Shown here: piece after piece, positions 59,842 to 64,000 of the stretch
Numbering within the stretch: position 1 is the first letter of the stretch
How the letters are laid out: every line of letters starts with the position of its first letter
Origin: Antedon mediterranea
Taxonomy: Eukaryota > Animalia > Echinodermata
DNA length: 64,000 nt
NCBI RefSeq assembly: GCF_964355755.1
Contig: NC_092674.1
Span: 19,220,001-19,284,000, forward strand
Direction of reading: 5' to 3'
Program-made: the position numbers and the translations under genes
Notes under the pieces: generated by a model
Told to the model about the DNA's origin: nothing
The model's input: only the letters and a program-made list of their open reading frames with translations
Databases searched by the model: none

Positions 59842-62800
59842 TAGTCCAGTCAATCTAATGATATACCCACCACAAATTGCAATAGTAACAAAGCAAGTAT
59901 TTTTGAATTCCATATAAAGTGTAGAACGACATACTAAAAGTCACCGAAAATCCAAGCATTGGGTCAAGGGGTTAGAGGTCAATAAAGGTCATTTTAAGTC
60001 AAAATTAATATGCCCCATTAATTACATATATTTAACCATTTGAAATACATTATATACAAGTGTGATTTATGTCATCCGAAAGCTTATTAAATTTTCTATT
60101 CAGTGATATCAAACTTATAGTCATAACATTTTATTTAGCATGTCATTTTTGCGGAAAAACACAACATAATGTTTCAATTTTGGCTAAAAATGTTGTTTTC
60201 GCTGTAAACAACAATGGTATATACACAGGGATACCCATGGGGTGAACATTTCAGTCCAAAGCGATACACATGACCAGCTCAAGATGCAGATGAGTGTCAT
60301 CTCCGTTCCTGTTACTTCTCGATGATCTACATTCCATTTTTTCCAGATGGCATTTGTGTTGCCATGGTTACACTATTTATATTGGGACGTATAAGTATTT
60401 TAACGATTTTTTAACCAGTAGAAATACAAAGATGTTCAAAAGCAGTTTGACAATGACCTCCATGTTGTATGACATTCGGAACCATCTGGGCTGGATTGTC
60501 AACAGACCTGGTGATTGAAAAGGTTTCTATGAGAAGCCTCAAAGAAAACCAGGTTTGACAAGAGATTTAGGAATGAGTACATTCAGACCAAATCTGCGCT
60601 GTATGTAATGCCTTTGCAATAGTATCAGGGAGTTACTCCAACAGCGGCCAACATAAGACCTTGTGGCCACACGTCAGGAACACAATGGCAATTGAAAAAT
60701 ACATTTGGTTACGACTCAGAGACTTCATACCATTGACATGGGAGTTACTGCAGGTGACTCGGAATATTGGCAATGCGGTATTAAGCATTGAATATTTTGG
60801 AAGGATGTTAGGCCAGAAAGTCTTGCAATGTATTCAAGATCCTGGCAATAAAGTACATACAGGCAAATATGTGTGCATAGATCCTACAGTTCCAGAGGAG
60901 ACTCGAGGTGACAACAAGGAAGTTTTTGAACATGAACTTTGTTATCCACCAGCACTTTTTGAAACTACCAACTTACAATACTTTCAGCTAATAAACCAAC
61001 ATGATGCCATGTGGAAACAACTTCTTATGAATCCAACTCACAGAATGCTGTCCAATAAGCCTACATTTTAGATGGTAGTGCTCTACTTCACAGCATTCCA
61101 TGGAATAGTGTAGAGACTTATGATGCGATCTGTAAAAAATATTGCTCTGCCATCATAGTCTTTGATGATTATGAAAGCGCCAAAGACGGCGCACATGGTA
61201 AGGCGGGTCAGGTGGTAGTGTCCCTGTACATTTTACCAGTGACATGTTCCACAAAATAGGATCACTTTCTGTAACAAACAACAATTTATAAATCTTCGTA
61301 ACTAGTATTTGAACAACATGGCAATGAGTGAATGCAGCTGCTGATGCAGATGTTATTTCGGATAGTACAAAAAAAACATTGAATCAGCAAACAGGAAAAC
61401 ATCTGTATCCGATGACTTTTGAGAGACATCTGTGATAACCTTCTGTTTGCTCATGCGATACTGGTGACACAACATTCAGAGTTTTCGGAATTGGAAAACA
61501 AGTGGCTCTAAAAAAAGCTTGTCATTGCACTTATTTCTGACATTATGCTGTAGTCTTCAGATGCAAACAAGATACAAAGGATGACATTGTGGTTGCTAGA
61601 GAAAATGATTTAGTGTGTCTGTACAATGGACGACCTGGACAGCGTGGAATGCCTTTGACTCCATCCCATCTACAAGTACAACCTCGCATATCGCCAACTT
61701 CATAGTCGTACCACAACCAAGGTACTTAACATCATGTTCAAGTTCAAGTTATCTTTTAGCAATGGAGTGGGGTTGATATGTGTACCGAGGACTGGGGATG
61801 GAAGATCAGATGATGGAAACATGGTTCCTCTACACACAGACTTAAAGCCAGCACCTGAGTATCTCCTTGAAGCATTCAGGGGTAACTAGAACTACATGTG
61901 ATGAATGCAATGGCATTGCACTGTACTAATACCCGAACAAGAAAGTGATACTGATGACATAGTTGTGAGTCCATTTCTATTTGAAGGATTAAAGAATATC
62001 ATCCCACACGGGGCAATTCAAATAAAAAGTTCTGGATTAAAATGATCTTAGAAATATACAAAAATATCACAATACACAGTACAATATAGCAAGAGTCAAA
62101 GTTCAAGAAATTAAGAGTCGGATGGCAACTGGCAAAAAAGAATTTCTTTTCCGGTTTGTTCTACATGCCGGGCATCGAAAGCGACGCCCATGAGGCATGA
62201 GCTCGAAATCACTGAACAAGGCATGGTTAACATTTTTTAGAATAGCTCTACTTTTTTCTAGAGTTTGCATGTCACAGAAGGAAGACAAGCTACGAAGTTG
62301 ACAACCTATTAATTTAGAACTTAAATTAACAATTCTTTGTAGTGAGTTTCTCTCTTTGACCCTATTAAGACTAAAAAACCAGCATATAAAGAAAAAAAGT
62401 TAAAACGTTCTCAATAAAGGAATTATAAAAAAACCTGAGAATTACTTTATCGACATTAAAATGGTTCAGCTTCCTTAACAGATAAAGTCTATGGTGTCCT
62501 TTCTTTACTATTGCCTCTGTATTTAATTCCCAGCTGAGATTGTCCTCAAAATATAGTACCTAGGTATTTAGGAATGGACAATATCACTGGTTCGTCATTT
62601 ATGAGGGATACCAGAGGGCTGCGTCATTTCTCCTTCCTAAAATCTACAATCATCTCCTTGGTTTTGGTCACATTGAGTTCCAAGTAGGAGTTTCCACAAA
62701 ATTGGATAAAACCATCTAATGCGGGACCATGACCGTCCTGTGAATTTTTAAGGAGAGACAGCAAGACAGTGTCGTTAGCAAATTTGACAAGATGACTATT

Positions 62801-64000
62801 GTCCTGTTTGCTGCGACAGTCATCCGTGTATATAATATACAGGAGATGAGAGAGGACGCAACCCTGGGGCGATCCAATACTTGTCATTACGTACATTCAT
62901 TGATACTAAAATCATCAAAAATCTATCTATAGTTAAATCATGAGTTGATTCCAAATTATCAAGACTCATTAATTAATCAACAATAGTACATACCGCTAAT
63001 GAATTTCAATGTTCTTCTAGCTAGCATCATTTTTCCTATTTCATAACGATACAATAGGTACAGGAAAAACATTATTTGCACCAAATACTTGCAAAATATA
63101 CATAAACATAATTTAGTTTTACGCTATTTAAAGAAAATTTGAGTTTTCGTAAAAGGTCACTGACCTCTATAGTTACATAACAACTGTTGTATCAATTAGT
63201 TTTTAGAGTAAGAAATACATATTATACACATTTGTAGTTATTTAGATGTTATTGGCAGGCATAAATGTTACCTACTACTACACTACCTGTTGTTGATAAC
63301 AATTTATCATTATTATAGGATTATTTTTATTTGAGTACATAATTAATTCAAAATACTTAACATAATTTTTCCTATTTCATATGACGATAGGTACAGAAAA
63401 AACACAAGTTTCATCAAATGCAATGGCAATTACGGAATAAGACATTTTGTTAGGAAAAATTTGAGTTTTTGTAAAAGGTCAATGACCTTTTGACCTCTAG
63501 TTAAGTATAACTGTTGTATTAATTGTTTTTTTAATGTATATTAGTAGGATATATATACTCTACACATTGGTACTAAAGCTATTTAGATATGATTATAAAA
63601 CAATGGATTATAGGCATAAACGCTACCCCTACCCAAAAATTGTTTACATTACATTTGATCAAAAATCAATTTCAATAAGAATAGTACATCATTACTTTTA
63701 AAATTCTTCTAGTTAACATCATGTTTCCTATTTTATATATCGATAGGTACAGAAAAAACACAATTTTGATTAAATGCATCCACAATTATGGCATACGATA
63801 TAACAGTTAATCTTTTTTTAAAGGAAAAAAATGAGTTTTTGTAAAAGGTCAATAACCTTTTGACCTCTAGTTATATAAATAAGTGTTGTATTTTGTTTTT
63901 TTAAATTGCATATTAGAAAGAAATATATATTCTACACACTGATATCAAGATTATTGAGATTGGATTATAAAACCACAAGTTACGGGCATAAATGTTACCC
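59842..64000 (+). mobile_element. Degenerate AcademX transposon (XPG-like half retained), running off the window
   Basis: Left end TAGTCCAGTCAATCTA..ACAAATTGCAA resembles the TIR at 133. Relic peptides FEHELCYPPALFE, LDGSALLHSIPW..IVFDDY, ADADV, LFAHAILG, DWGWK and KPAPEYLL lie in 60920-61880. ~330-360-bp subterminal repeats at 62950-64000 are partly inverted relative to ~59970. Confidence 0.72.
61995..62890 (-). mobile_element. 5'-truncated non-LTR retrotransposon (Rex-Babar/L2-group RT C-terminus) nested in the Academ
   Basis: GSPQGCVLSHLLYIIYTDDC..LVKFANDT..LELNVTKTKEMIVDFR (62624-62896) and GRRFR..RTNRKRNSFLPVAIRLL (62103-62288); frameshifted. Confidence 0.85.

Noticed and set aside
59871-59913. 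First coding exon of the CTLD-FG-GAP gene (MEFKNTCFVTIAIC)
   Set aside because: It lies within the Academ terminal repeat starting at 59842 and makes a poor signal peptide.

Overview
AT-rich, intron-containing animal genomic DNA (invertebrate, tentatively a deuterostome such as an echinoderm; inference). Host genes assembled by hand from splice sites: the 3' part of CDC45 (+, 9661-20678, with one U12-type intron), an uncharacterised coiled-coil/EF-hand/CaaX gene (+, ~27729-36146), and two paralogous C-type lectin genes on the minus strand, one a single CTLD (48752-51803) and one a CTLD fused to six FG-GAP repeats (55820-59775). Repeats include three Academ-type DNA transposons (TAG..CTA ends; 3-bp TSDs seen on the two complete copies), Helentron-like elements, MITEs, a SINE, a LINE fragment and two minisatellites. 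The outstanding feature is a ~7.6 kb GC- and CpG-rich, intronless, gene-dense island (~38391-45973) between the convergent EF-hand and lectin genes. It looks like an endogenised fragment of an undescribed large dsDNA virus. It encodes a type II membrane glycoprotein, a mimic of the IER2/IER5 N-terminal domain, a Cys-motif protein broken by one nonsense codon, an orphan, a FEN1/XPG-family nuclease and a possible jelly-roll-like protein. Both ends abut abruptly truncated host repeats. No viral hallmark gene (DNA polymerase, major capsid protein, terminase) is visible, so the lineage cannot be fixed from this window.
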